This document shows positions 12,446-25,000 of a DNA stretch of 64,000 bases, in pieces (position 1 is the first letter of the stretch; the number at the start of each line of letters is the position of its first letter). The notes under the pieces are model-generated. The model ran no database searches and was not told where the DNA came from. It saw only the letters and a program-made list of their open reading frames with translations. The stretch comes from Monocercomonoides exilis PA203 (Eukaryota > Protista > Preaxostyla): positions 992,001-1,056,000 of the forward strand of contig LSRY02000022.1 in NCBI GenBank assembly GCA_001643675.2, in the 5' to 3' direction. The position numbers were made by a program, and so were the translations under genes.

Positions 12446-14018
12446 TTTCGATGCAATTTTTATTTATCTTCTGACAAACAAACAATAATTGATTCGCGAT
12501 TGCATTTTATTGGAACATTTAATCTCCTTTTGTTTTGGAAACTGAATTCTTCACAAACTTACATGTAAATGCATTTGTCGAATGGATTATTCACAATATG
12601 TTTGCTTTCCAACTCGATGTTTCTGGAAAATATTTTGTATTTTTTTCAGATTTCCACATCGAGCATTCGAACATAATGGATGGGTCTGCATATCTGAGTT
12701 GTTGAAGCATTCGGGCACTTTGTGCGAGAATTTGATTCCAATGCTTGGAAGCGAGCTGGAAGCAGAACTGGACTTCATTGAGCAGGAAATGAAAGATACC
12801 ATCGAAAAAGATGCAGAGAAAAGAGAAAAGGAATATGAAAGATTCTTTGATCCAAAGAGAGGTTGCAATATCCCTGATCAATTAACCGCGATTCTGCGCT
12901 ATACGAAACCTCGCCTTTGTGATTATGTCAGCTGGGTTGAGTTTGAACATGCCTGCGAAAAGTACAACGAATTGGGTTATTTCGACAACTTTGATTTCAC
13001 ATCGAGCATATCCAGTTTATCTGATGTGAATGTGATTCAAATCATGTTCAATGTCGAATTTTTCATTTTCACTCCATACAAATTCCACAAGTCTATTTCG
13101 TCACAGCGCTTCCATTACATTTGCTCGTGTTTGGCCATTATTACTCTGAGCAAACCAGGCTTAGCCGACAAAATTGTTCTTTGCAGCATATTCCCACGGC
13201 TGATGGAGAAGATTGAAGCCCCGTTTCCGCTTGATGCTCCGATAACAATTGCAGACATGCGAAGTAACGTTCTCGTTCCCCAATCTCTCGAATCCGCTCA
13301 AATCAATGCTGAGTTTTTGGTGGTTGCAGTTTTAACATCTGTTGTGAAGGAACTGCCGTATGTCTTTGAGATTGGTTATGTCTCCCGGATGCTCAAGTGG
13401 ATGGCATCAAAAGGCGCTATGCAGAGAGAGATGTTTTGGATAGCAATCAAAGTACTCCGTGAAAAATGTACCGCGTTTTCTCTCTCTTCTCGGCTGAACA
13501 GACTTGAGATGATTGGACCGTTCAATACAGCTCTTGCAGAGAGGAATGCATTCATCGAAGAACATGCGGACAATCCGTGGGGTGCTCCTCATGTCCCCAC
13601 CTGGGACAATATTTCGCAGCTTGACGATGTTGTTTGCCTGCCTCCGGATCTCAGCAATGCAAACAGCTATCGATGTGCAAACACCATGATTGTCCCGTTT
13701 GTTAGCATGGACGAAGAAATAACTGAGGTTGAAAAGGGAGATGACACAGGGACACTCCTTCTTTGGCTTCTGGATGATGCGATTGAAGAGTCTGGAATAC
13801 GCGATGTGGTTGAGGCAGCAATGGCGCATGAGAATTTGCAATTGTTCTGGATGCTGCCGAGGGTTGCCCCGAAACTTAGCAAAAATCACTCAAATTTGAT
13901 GTATTTATGTTATAGCCACTCTTACAACGATCTTCCTAAACCATTTGCAGCTCCTTCTGATATTATTAGAAAGGGTATCAAGATTCAGAGTCAAATATCT
14001 TCCATTATTTCTCAATAG
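10653..14018 (+). CDS. Spliced hypothetical protein (~950 aa, helical, with a K/E-rich linker)
   Basis: Long ORFs 10653-~12050 and ~12650-14018 are bridged by a small exon ~12288-12360 (RHYEKPLPESIVMKASAALIRLIK). The second junction AA|GTATGC...TTCAG|A is in frame. The first donor and the true start are uncertain. No recognisable domain. Confidence 0.7.
12381..12446. repeat. (CTTT)n microsatellite inside an intron
   Basis: Direct reading of the sequence. Confidence 0.95.
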
Positions 14019-14428
14019 TCTGCATATTTGCATCCGGATGTTACTGAATTTACTGCTTTATTTTTTAAAGGATATATGGAATGTTGGAGGCATTTGAACA
14101 TATTTCTTCTTGCTAATCTGTAATTTGCGCTTTGATAAATAATAATTTGAAAATACGAGTTTCAAAATAATCAAAAGAAAGTTTTTTTTTAGTTTTTTGA
14201 TAATTGTTATCGGTAATTTTTTTTCTTTTTGAAGTAATCCATTTATTTCTTTTTAAACATTATTTTTGTTAAAATACTTTTCACTAAAATGTTTCGATTC
14301 CATTTTAAAAAAAATTCTTTCCATACAAAAACAAAGAAAAAGGGAATGAGAATCATCAATCATACAAATGAAAATAATCAATCGGAAAAAAAAATTTTTT
14401 TTCACACAAATATATATCACTTTTTTGG

Positions 14429-15173
14429 TTATGAAGACAAAGAGAAAGAAGAAGATGCAGATGATGGAGACGAGGAACATGAGGAAGAAAAGGAAGCAGT
14501 TGGAGAAGCAAAGGAAGTTGATGAATATGAGCCACTGGTCGATGAAGATGAAATCGACGTTGGAGAATCTGATCTGCCGGAAGAGGAAGAACAAGTACAA
14601 GACGGTGAAGAAGAGTCCATCTCTCCATTTCCACCCTCTCTGCTTGCCTCTTCTTCTTCTGTCTCCTTGCCATTCTCCTTTTCATTCTCCTTCTCCTTCT
14701 CCTTCTCTCTCCTGCCTCCTGGAAGCATCTCTCCCTTAACTGTGACCACCTGACGCACTAATGGCGACAGAGGAGCCAAAGAGCCCGAAAGCATAGGCAG
14801 CAAAGATGCTGATGATGAAGACGAATTCGTCGGCGAATATTTCTTCTGCAACAGTGTCGGAGAAAGCAGCACCGACGACCCGCTCACAGGAAACGCCTGC
14901 GAATAGCGTGTTGTCGAGTTCATGTACTCCGAATTTTGTGAGTGCAGCACAGATGCAGATGCAGATGCAGAAGCTGTTGCGATTGCTGAGACTGACGCCG
15001 ATGCTGATGCAGACACAGCCAAAGTAGCTGATGACGAAGAAGGCAACGACGCAGCAGAAGGAGACACCGATGAGACTGTCATCCCCTGTGCACATGCCAA
15101 TGCAGAGGCAGAGGCAGGGGCAGAGGCAGAGGCAGAGGCAGAGGCAGAGGCAGAGGCAGAGGCAGAGGCAGAG

Positions 15174-15205
<32 letters not shown>

Positions 15206-17100
15206 AGAGGCAGGGGCAGAGGCAGGGGCAGAGGCAGAGGCAGAGGCAGAGGCAGAGGCAGAGGCAGAGGCAGAGGCAGAGGCAGAGGCAGAGGCAGAGG
15301 CAGAGGCAGAGGCAGAGGCAGAGGCAGAGGCAGAGGCAGAGGCAGAGGCAGAAGCAGAGGTAGGTGCAGTTGCTGTTGCTGTTGCCGTTGTTGTGAATGT
15401 TGATGTGTGGGTGTGTGAAGAGGTGCGCGTGGGAGAGGAAGAGGAAGAGGAAGAGGAAGAGGAAGAGGAAGAGGAAGAGGAAGAGGAAGAGGAAGAGGAA
15501 GAGGAAGAGGAAGAGGAAGAGGAAGAGGAAGAGGAATAAGACGCAGCCACAAGAAGAGGAGAGAGAGGCGGTGCATGTGGCGGAAGGGGAGGTGGAGAAA
15601 ATGAAAGGGGTTGGTCAGCAAGCTCAGGAGTTTCCGAGCAGCCTGGCAAAGGATTGTCTGAAGCAGAAAGATGCGCATTCTGTTGTTGAAGCAACCGAAG
15701 TGGCAAAGAAGAGGAGGAAGAGGAGGAAGAATTAGACAACAATAGCGTTGCGCTTTTGACCAAACCAGGCCCATCCCCTTCGCGTCCGATGTCTGTCTCT
15801 GCTTTGGCTTCTGCATCTGTCTCTGCCCCTGTTTCTGCTGCTAGCGTGCTCACAAACTGTGGGTTGTCCTTCGGAAAAGGAGAGGGCGGAAGAGATTCCT
15901 TCTCAAACCGATGCTCGCTCGCAAACAGCTGCTCCGCAGGCACAATTATGCTCATCCGCTTTGCTTTGTTCCTGGGGGAACAAGATGACGCAGCCGTCTC
16001 AGTTCCATATGAACGCTCATCAGAGCAGTTGTGCCTGCGGTGCTCCCTGTTGACTCCCTCTGAATGATGATGATGACGATGATGGTTAGACGGCAATTGT
16101 GGCTGCTGCCGAGATTGTTGTTGAGATTGTTGCTGCAGCATTTGCTGGGACTTGTGGCACTGTTTGCTGCCTTGATTGCTGTGATAGCTGTGGTGTTGGT
16201 GATGATGGTGATGATGACGATGATGCAATTGATGTGGATGACAGTCTTGATGAGCGCGTGCATGTTCATTGCCTGTGTTCATTTTCGTCTTTGACTTCAA
16301 TTTCTCTTTCTGTGGTGATGGACCTGTTCCAGTTTCTGTTTCATGTCGCTGTTGCGTTGCTTTCAGAGCGCGTTGTTCGCATGAACAAGTCGAAGAAGAA
16401 GATGAAGATGATGAAGATGATGAAGATGATGAAGATGATGAAGATGATGATGATGATGAGGAGGAGGAGGAGAAGGCAAAGGGAGAAAGCAAGATTCCAT
16501 CACCTTCTTCATGACCCATCTCCTTTCCTTCCTCATCGCATTCTTCCCTTCCATCATCAACAACCTCATTGACAGCCTCATCATCCCTTTCATCTTCCTC
16601 TTCTCTTTCACATTCTCTTGCTCCCTCATCCAACTTGTTCCCGCACCCCTGATCAGGCATCGTCGTCTCCATCGTCGTCTCCATCGCCATTGGTATCGGA
16701 ATTGGCATCGGAATCGTTGCAGTCGTTGCCTTCTGCTCGTCCTGTCTCAGAGTATTCAGCGAATGTGTCACAGTCTGCTGCAGAGACTCCAACCGCGGGA
16801 TCGAAATCTGTGCCACGCTGTACGACTCCACAGGCCCAGATGCCCCGCCACTTTGCGCATCGCGCTCATGCAGCACAACTGCAGACTGCTCTTCCTCCGC
16901 CTTGCACCTCCCGCTCCTGCACTTGGCAGACCCCGGAAGCGTCGATTCCAACGAGGAATCGTCTGAACATGCAGCTGTGATCGAGGTGAGGGTGGTGGAT
17001 GTGTTGGTAACAGAAGTCGTGGTCGTGTTAATGTTGGCAGCATTGCTTGATGCTGCTGTGGATGTTGATGTGGAGGAAGCCAGAGAATGCTTGGAAGCAA

Positions 17101-17137
<37 letters not shown>

Positions 17138-17150
17138 GGAAAAAGAGGAA

Positions 17151-17191
<41 letters not shown>

Positions 17192-17758
17192 GGAAGAATG
17201 GCGAAGAGGAGAAGGTTTTATGAGTTGAGAAGAAGTGGAAGAAGAAGAAGAAGAGGAGGAGGAGGAGGAAGAGGAAGAGGAAGAAGAAAATGAAGAAGAG
17301 GTTGAAGGAGATGAAGAGCAGATGAATGAGAATGAAATGATATGACTGAAATGTGGCTGATTTGTAATCTTCAACAATCGATGCTCAAAGGTCAATAATA
17401 CATTCACCAATTTGAAGAAGTGGAGAGAAATCATAACCTTATCCAGAAGAGAATGAAGAATGAAGAGGAAGACAAAGAATTTGAAAATCTCTATTTTTTC
17501 TTTTCTCCCCTGATGTTTGCGATGACATTGAAGATAATCTCGAAGAAGAAATCGCCTTTCTTTCTCAATTGGCAGACTTTCAGAAAAAGAAATAAAAATG
17601 AAAGATGCTCTTTGTTCTGTCTGTTTACCAATAGATATCTTGTTGAGTGTTTCGATGATGTTGCTTTCTTTTTGTTTCGCGCTGATAACGAAACCTGAAA
17701 CAACTTTGGCTGGCAAATGGCTTTTCCATTGAAAAGATGAATTCCCTTTCAATTGCAA
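14429..17758 (-). CDS. Low-complexity Ser/Ala/His/Gln-rich hypothetical protein (likely the last exon of a spliced or decaying gene)
   Basis: 1109-codon ORF with GC-richer unique segments between poly-S, (SA)n, poly-H and poly-Q tracts. The first ~110 codons look intronic/AT-rich, so the real 5' structure is unknown. Confidence 0.5.
15102..15537. repeat. Hexamer arrays (GCAGAG)n 15102-15359 and (GAGGAA)n 15434-15537
   Basis: Direct reading. They encode (SA)n and poly-S on the minus strand. Confidence 0.95.
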
Positions 17759-18758
17759 GAGAAACCATTTCTTTGTGAAATAAAAAGGTCATTCTGTTTT
17801 GCTTGTTTTGCATGTCTTATCTCCTCTTGTTTGATGAAAATATCAAGCCTTTGCTGATGATGACAGCCACTTTCCTTCTCAAAAATCTCTGAGGTGCATT
17901 TCTCCAACATTTGCTCCAAATGCAATCTGAGAATTAGTTATTAACCTTTTGACATAATCCAACGAATTGAATGCCCATTTGGTTCTTATATTTTGTTCCC
18001 TCAATAGTTTTGAAAATTCCAAAACTTACTTGTGTTTTCTCTCGTTGAATAATTTCATCAAAATAGTCAGTTTCCTTCTCCATCATACCATCTGGAATGC
18101 ATTTCCTGTTCAATAAAATATTATTTGCCATTTTCTGTGTATTCAGAGGGGAATAAAAAAACTCGAATCATCAACAAGTTTGTAGGGAAAAAAAAAAGCA
18201 AACATCAAATCGATTTTTTATCGAAAATGGATGTCCAACAGTTCCTGTGTCATCCAATTCGAAAAATGACATCTCTGAAAGTGTATAAAATTCTTGCTGA
18301 AACATCTCCATCCTGTCAATCGATGCAATTCATCCATGCAACTCAGAGTTAGGACAATCACTCATCAATCTCAGAAAATGGAACAGTGTTTCGATATTAT
18401 CAATAACCTGTTTCTAAGATGTGTGCGTTGCTGAATACTGAAAATTCGAGCAACAAATTGGTTGTATTTCAACACATAAATTGTGTTAAGTTTCGGATAA
18501 ATCATCATCTTTCAAAAAAACAAAATTATTCATGGTTGAATACAAATTCAATAATTATCAAAGAAGATATAGAAAAATATTTAATAAGTTTGCAAAAGAT
18601 ATCTTTTCCATTGAATTTCGATTGAGAAACCCTTATTTTCAAAAAACATTGTCAGCGCCCATAATATATTCTTTGTTCTTCACAGATCGATTGAATAATT
18701 TTAAAAACATTGTTCTGAGTTTCTCATTCGTTTCATACAAATCCAAAACGCAAGCAAA

Positions 18759-20132
18759 ATGGGAAACGAGTTTTCTTTTGCAATTTTAAAGAAAAATGTT
18801 CGAGATTTAACAAAAGCAATGGAATGGATAGAAGAAAAGAAGACCGAACCACCTAAAAAATTGAGACATGATGTGACGCTAACCGATAGCGAGGGAGATA
18901 CAATGGCCATGTGGTGGATTTTTCATGTAAAGACAGAGCCACCGGAATGGATGAGGCATAGCAATACACTCACAGACAATTTGGGATGGACAATGGCCAT
19001 GTGGTGGATTATTTTAGTAAAAGAAGAACCGCCTGAATGGATGAGACATAGCATCACTCTCAAAGACAATATGGGATGGACTATGGCCATGTGGTGGATT
19101 GGCGAAATCAAGACAGATCCGCCTGAATGGATGAGACATGGTGTGACGCTGTCAGACAAGTTAGGGGACACTATGGCCATGCAATGGATTGATGAAATCA
19201 AAACAGATCCTCCGGAATGGATGAGACATGGAATTACTCTTGCTGATAAGGAATGTTTGACGATGGCCATGCACTGGATAAAAAATGTTAAAAAAGAACC
19301 TCCAGAATGGATGAGACACGGCAATACTATTAGCAACAAATATGGGAAAACAATGTCCATGCTTTGGATCGTGTATGTTAAAACAGATCCGCCTGAATGG
19401 ATGAGGCACGACATCATGCTTGGAGATAAAGATGGGAAAACAATGGCCATGTGGTGGATTGAAAAAGTCAAAACTGATCCGCCGGAGTGGATGAGGCATG
19501 AAGCAACATTCACTGACAAAGATGGGAGGATGATGATCGATTACTGGAAAATGTTTGCGAAGGGAGAACCACCAAGTTGGTTGAGTCTCGACTATTCACT
19601 GTGTGACAAGGATGGAAGAACAGCAGCCATGCGCCATATCATCGAGAAAAAAGAAGAGCCGCCAAAGTGGATGAGGCACAGAAGCACGCTTTGTGACAAA
19701 GATGGAAAGACAATGGCGATGCACTGGATCAAAAATGTGGAGACAGATCCACCAGAATGGATGAGGCACAGTGCCTCGCTTGCGGATAAAGAAGGAAATT
19801 CATTGACCAGGATATGGATTAAGAAATTAGAGAGAAAGCCACCAGAATGGATGAAATATGACAAATCACTTGGAGATAAGAAAGGAATAACAGATGCTAT
19901 GTGGTGGATATCTGAAAAAGAAACTGAGCCTCCAATCTGGATGAGACATGACATCACACTTGGTGACAGAGAAGGAATGACAATGGCGATGCACTGGATT
20001 TCCTGTGTTAAAACAGAACCACCGATGTGGACGAGGCATACCAATTCACTAATAGATATTCATGGGCGGACAATGGAAGTGATATGGAAAGATATAGTGG
20101 AAACTGATCCACCAAAATGGATGAAAAATTGA
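18759..20132 (+). CDS. Intronless tandem-repeat protein: 14 complete 30-aa repeats, consensus KTDPPEWMRHxxTLxDKxGxTMAMxWIxxV
   Basis: 457-aa ORF, ATG to TGA, with exact 90-bp periodicity, no indels and synonymous divergence between units. Confidence 0.9.
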   Translation: MGNEFSFAILKKNVRDLTKAMEWIEEKKTEPPKKLRHDVTLTDSEGDTMAMWWIFHVKTEPPEWMRHSNTLTDNLGWTMAMWWIILVKEEPPEWMRHSITLKDNMGWTMAMWWIGEIKTDPPEWMRHGVTLSDKLGDTMAMQWIDEIKTDPPEWMRHGITLADKECLTMAMHWIKNVKKEPPEWMRHGNTISNKYGKTMSMLWIVYVKTDPPEWMRHDIMLGDKDGKTMAMWWIEKVKTDPPEWMRHEATFTDKDGRMMIDYWKMFAKGEPPSWLSLDYSLCDKDGRTAAMRHIIEKKEEPPKWMRHRSTLCDKDGKTMAMHWIKNVETDPPEWMRHSASLADKEGNSLTRIWIKKLERKPPEWMKYDKSLGDKKGITDAMWWISEKETEPPIWMRHDITLGDREGMTMAMHWISCVKTEPPMWTRHTNSLIDIHGRTMEVIWKDIVETDPPKWMKN

Positions 20133-21384
20133 TTTCACATTTATTCCTGTTTTAAATGGTGATGATATTTTCTTCGTTTTTTTTAATTACTATTCTTTTG
20201 TATATCTCATATTTTCTATTCTTCTTTTTTTTCCAAATGTGTATCATTGATCACATCTTATTTTTTAAGAAACTTTTGATCAATCGAAATAGAGTTTTCA
20301 CACTTCAGATAAAATTAATTCTTCTCTTTCTACATTAATAAAAATCATTGTTGATTTTTTTATTGATTATTAAAGTTAATCATATGAATTAAAAAATATT
20401 TTTCTTTCATTAAAAATAACTCAATACATAAAATGAAGAGAACAGAAACAAAGAATCAATAATTAATTACAAAATGAAAAAAAGGAAAACAATACTTTTC
20501 AATTTGAAATGATATTTCAAATATCAAAAATCCATTTATTGTCTATTTTTCTGATAATCTTTTTTCTTATGTGAAGTTTTTATTTATTCATTGATAAAAA
20601 ATGTCTTAATTTATTTTTGAGAAAAAAAAAATGAATTCAAAACAAATCTGATTTTTCTTCTTTTTCCATTTGTCTTTAATGTTGAAGCATTCAATGTGAT
20701 AAATATCAAAACACTTTCACAAACATTTTTGATTGAGTCACAATTTCATCTGGCAAAAATGAACTGCTATATTTTGTTTGAAAAGTCGAAAATGTTCCAA
20801 TTTCAAATTCAAAGAATTTTGATAGAACGCAGAGAGACAGGTTTGCTCCAAGATAATGAGTACAAAATCCATTATTTGGGTGGTTTGAGTGAGAACTTCG
20901 CCCTATCCCAAATGACGTGGAAAAAAGGGCGAGATAAAAATACAAAACAATAACATTGAAAATTAAGAAATAAAATAATGCATTGTCCGCTTCACTTCAC
21001 CACCGACTTCGCCTTTTCGCCTTGGTCACGAAGACCAGAGGGTAGGGGACATTGCCCCTCGGAGCTCTCACCTGCAGGCTGTGCGGGGATCCGGTGAGGC
21101 GAGTATTCTTGGAGCAGAAAGAAAAACCACTCTCGCTTTCGCGAGGAGTGGTAAAGAAAACTGCGTGCACTATGGTCTGCTTCCCGCTCTTATGTTGATC
21201 CAGCAGAGCAAACCCTATCATCGAGCATTGTATAAACCGATCTGCCTCTTCTGTGTAAAGACCAATCGTTATCGTGTTAGATAGAGAGCTTTTGATTAAA
21301 CTTGTTTATTAGTTCTATTTGTATCTTTCCAGGCTCTCGGCGTTCACTAATCACTTCGGGCGTTTGATCTCCTTTTCTCTCTTT

Positions 21385-21572
21385 CTATATCTCGCCCTTT
21401 TTTCTAGCCATCTCCACCCACACTTCTGGCTCCCCCTCGCACCACTCCGCCTATCGTCTCTCCATCCGCATTCCTATTATCTTAGAGCAAACCTGTCTCA
21501 CTGCGTTTTTATTAATTCGCAATAAAGCGAATCAACAAACGCAAGGAGCAGGTTTGCTCCTCGATAATGAGT
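21385..21572. other. DIRS internal complementary region (ICR) with circle-junction equivalent at ~21513
   Basis: 21474-21512 is complementary to 20821-20860, and 21385-21403 to ~20918-20938. 21513-21572 (aattcgcaataaagcgaat...ggtttgctcctcgataatgagt) is complementary to ~26795-26855. Confidence 0.85.
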
Positions 21573-21945
21573 CTCGAAATCCCTTTTATCTCCGTATGTG
21601 TGATCTTAAACCCCTTTCCTAGCACACTCTAGTGCGGAGGATGAGTTGATAGCGTGTGTGTTGTGGTGCGGACCTCCTGCTCTACACCCGCTCCCTCTTG
21701 GGATATCTTTGAGGAGACATCTGTCTGACCCTTGCCTCCTCAGTGTTATCTTCTATCTGTCCTATTCTTCTTCCGTAACGCTTCTTCCGATCTTTGCCTC
21801 TCTTCTTCAGTGGAGTTGTGTCCTTCTCTTCAGTTAGCTCGTTGACGCAACTGGGGATTATGGAGTGTGTCTTCTGACGACTCGGTTGACTGTGTGTGGA
21901 GCTTCGTGACTGAGCTGTTTCACTTTGCTTTCCTTCTTCACACAG

Positions 21946-23050
21946 TTATTTCTTTCTTCCTCTTGATCGCTTTCTCGTAAGTTTCTTCCCTTCTTCCGAT
22001 CCCGCTTTGGGTAATTCATCAGTGCGATCTTTCGTATCTGCATCTACTATCTCCAGCGTCCCTTCCTTCGTATCTCCGCTCTTATCTGGCTTATAATCTT
22101 CTCCCCTCTGGTGTGCTGATCCACCGATTGTCTCCAGGATCAACTTCGTGTCCTGCACTAGAAACACGGTGTAATATTCCTGGGCCACTCTTGAACCCGG
22201 CGCCCATCTCGGATACGCATTGATTGCTTTCCAGCCCGCTCCTTCTCGTCTTTCGAAGTGTGAAATCACTGCGTGTCTTATCGAGTACTCTGTAAATGTG
22301 TCGGGTATTACGTTCTCTCTCAGAATAGCCGTTAACTCTTTAATAATTCTCTTCAAATTAACAATCCGGCCCTCTTCTACGTCAAACCACACATGTTTAT
22401 CCTTAAGAATCGTCTTTGAATAATCCATCAAACGTTGGAGCGCCTCACCTGCATCAATGCGTGGATTGGGGTGTTTCCGTTCTGTAACTTTGATAACCTC
22501 ACCTCCCGACGTCTTGGTTCGTAGTTGTGTCTGGATAGAGTTATCTTTGAAAATCGTTGTCTCTCTTCTCATTCTTTCCAGCTCTGCTAACCTTTAAGCA
22601 CCAATAATCATGGTCAGGGTGAGAGCTCTCCTCTGGAGGATTTGTAGGTCAGTCGCATCATAGGTTGTTTCAGCCCATTTAGCAATAATTGCAAGATCCC
22701 ACATTGATTTGTATCGTTTGCCCCTTCTTGGCTTATCCCCCACATAAGTCTTTAGAAATATTTCAATGTCCTTTCGATCAATCTTGGTCTCCCTAAAAAG
22801 ATTAATGGAATCCAGTTCTTTCCGTACTGTCTGATGAATCACTCCACTTGAGAGGTTCGTATTCGAAAGTGTTTCAGTGAACTCTGTAATAATCCATTTT
22901 GCATCTTAGTTTGTGAGGGGTTCAGTGTCATCCATGCTTTCTTCATCTAGGTATTGCTTAAATCTTCTCACAGCTCTCCACGTATCTCTTTCGCTCTTTT
23001 GATTTCCAAATGTTGCTGCTGCTGTGTCCTTCACTCCAACTTATTCTCCC
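21946..23050 (-). pseudogene. DIRS tyrosine recombinase (disrupted)
   Basis: 'YKSMWDL...ILQRRALTLTMIIGA*RLAEL' (catalytic Arg region), 'LRTKT', 'YSIRHAVIS' (HxxR-equivalent), 'RWAPGSRVAQEYY' (catalytic Tyr). In-frame stops. Confidence 0.85.
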
Positions 23051-25000
23051 CATGTGAGGAAGAGGTCCCTTCCTGGGATATTTTCGTCTCCAGTATAATG
23101 CTTATTACATCTCCTGGGGGTAGTTTCCAGCCTTCCATTCTCATCTTCGCTCCCGGAATCATACACTCCTGAAAGGTCCCCAGCGTTTTTATCAAATGCC
23201 CAGGCTGCAGTAGCGGGGTCCAGGTCCGCCCCCGCCAGGCTGGCAGAATCAGAATTGTTAGTTCCCTCTGAGCTTCGTTCATCTTCTCTTTCAGTGTCCG
23301 TCCAATGCTTCTCAGGAACGGATGGACTAGTACTATCTCGTTTTCTGGTGTTTCTTTCTCTCTCTTCCCTCCCAGAGAGGATAGTCTCCAAGTACTCCCA
23401 CAGGGCACCAACGCAATCTGTTCAAAAATTGTATCTGGTATTCTCGGTGCGATTGTTTGTAATATCTTTGAGACTTTCTCCCCCTTCAGTGCATAGTCCG
23501 GCTTTTTTGCCATCCGGCTGAGTGCATCTGCTTCCGTGTTCTGCTCTCCCGGGAGATGTTCCGTTTGTATTGTTATGTCCAGGTTGTTCTGTTTCTTCTC
23601 TAATGCTCTCAGTGTTGGAATGGGCGATGGCGCTCCCCTCTTCTTCTGTATCGTCCATCTCGTGGACATGTTGTCTGTCCTCAGACGAATATGATCTATC
23701 TTCTGTTGTTGCAGCCATGCTCCCTTTCTCTCTAGTGTCCTCAACACTGCTCTGGACTCCTTTTCGTTTATCGCTAAAGCATACTCCTGGGGGGTCCAAC
23801 TTCCGTGGACATATATCTTCTCCTCTTTGTTCTCCCTCGGTATTGTTAATGCTGCACCCCATCCCAGCTCTGAAGCGTACGTCGTTAGTACTGCTGGTCT
23901 GTTCCTTCTCTTCAGACTCCTTGGTCTGTTCTCTTGGAGAATCTTTCTCCAATGTGTTAATTCTCCCAACAACATTGGGTTGGCTATTTCCGTTCCCTTC
24001 CAGCCTCCGCGGGCTATTGCCTGCCTCAGCACGTATTGCATGCGCTTCATCCACAAGCTCGCTGGTGGGTATTGTAACCTCACAAAATTCAGTCTCCCGA
24101 GGAGTGCTGCAAGATCTTTTGTCCTTTGTCTCTTCCTTTCCTTAGCATATCCAATCGAGGTTCGCACATCCTCCAGGAGCAGCACTCTTTTCCTCTCCTG
24201 GAGCGTCACTTCCATCTTCTCAGAATTCCACAACCATCCAGAAACTCCACGCTCCATGCGGGCTCAAAATTCAGCTTCTCCTCCAACAGAATCCAGCCCA
24301 GATTCCTCAGGAACTGGGCTATCTGCTGCGAGATCGATCTCAATGCATCCCTGTTTGAATGCATGAGGATAATGTCGTCCAGATATATTACGAGCTTTAC
24401 CTTCCACTTCTCTCTAATTTTAGACACTGCCCGTCTCATTATCTTCGTGAATACTCAAAGTTCGTCCTTCTCTCCAAATGGAATCCCCACGTAAGCGTAG
24501 CATTAACTTTGAAAGCTTAAGCACAGATAGGGAATGAATTGTTCGTCCACTTTGACATATTGGTATGCACTCGATATGTCAAGAGTGGTCATCCAGTCGT
24601 TTTTCTCCAGGAGTTCCACAACTGTCTCCTGGGAATCCATCTTGAAGTGTTTTCCCTGCACTTCTTCGTTAAGAGCCCTGCAATCCAAGATCTTTCTCCA
24701 CTTTCCATTTTTCTTTATTGCCATGAATGTCGGGTTGAACCACTTCACCTCCGACTCCTGCATAGGCTTCACCACTCCGTCCTTCAATTCCTCCTCCAAG
24801 AGGGATTAATAAATGTTCTTCATCTCCTTCTTCCCCCGAAAATCCTGTCTGTGTTTTCTCTCCTCGAGTGCGATTGTGGAGTGGGGACTCATCCATCGAG
24901 CTCTTATACCACGGCTCACTAGTTTGTCTCCCCCAATCTTCTTCCACTCGTTCAGTCTGTTCACCAGTCTCCCAGGAAGTGGTTCCCTCGGTGGTCCCCT
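23031..25000 (-). pseudogene. DIRS reverse transcriptase / RNase H / methyltransferase-like pol (disrupted)
   Basis: RT: 'KKNGKWRKILDCRALN', 'LDISSAY', 'VIYLDDIIL'. RNase H: 'TTYASELGWGA' (catalytic D replaced by Y), 'INEKE', 'RTDN', 'HLPGEQNTEADALSR'. DIRS MT-like tail 'ILILPAWRGRTWTPLL'. Frameshifts and stops. Confidence 0.92.

Noticed and set aside
14922-15539. Plus-strand (AE)n/poly-E, (QR)n and (LP)n ORFs, and similar ORFs at 29.4-30.6 kb, 34.8-35.9 kb and 62.5-62.9 kb
   Set aside because: By-products of stop-free microsatellites, with no independent coding evidence.
18923-20044. Antisense repeat ORFs (CLIHSGGS)
   Set aside because: Shadow of the sense repeat protein.
18840-20130. CRISPR-like or DGR-like array from the 90-bp periodicity
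   Set aside because: The periodicity is a protein repeat with synonymous variation. There are no identical repeats with unique spacers and no adenine-specific template/variable pair.
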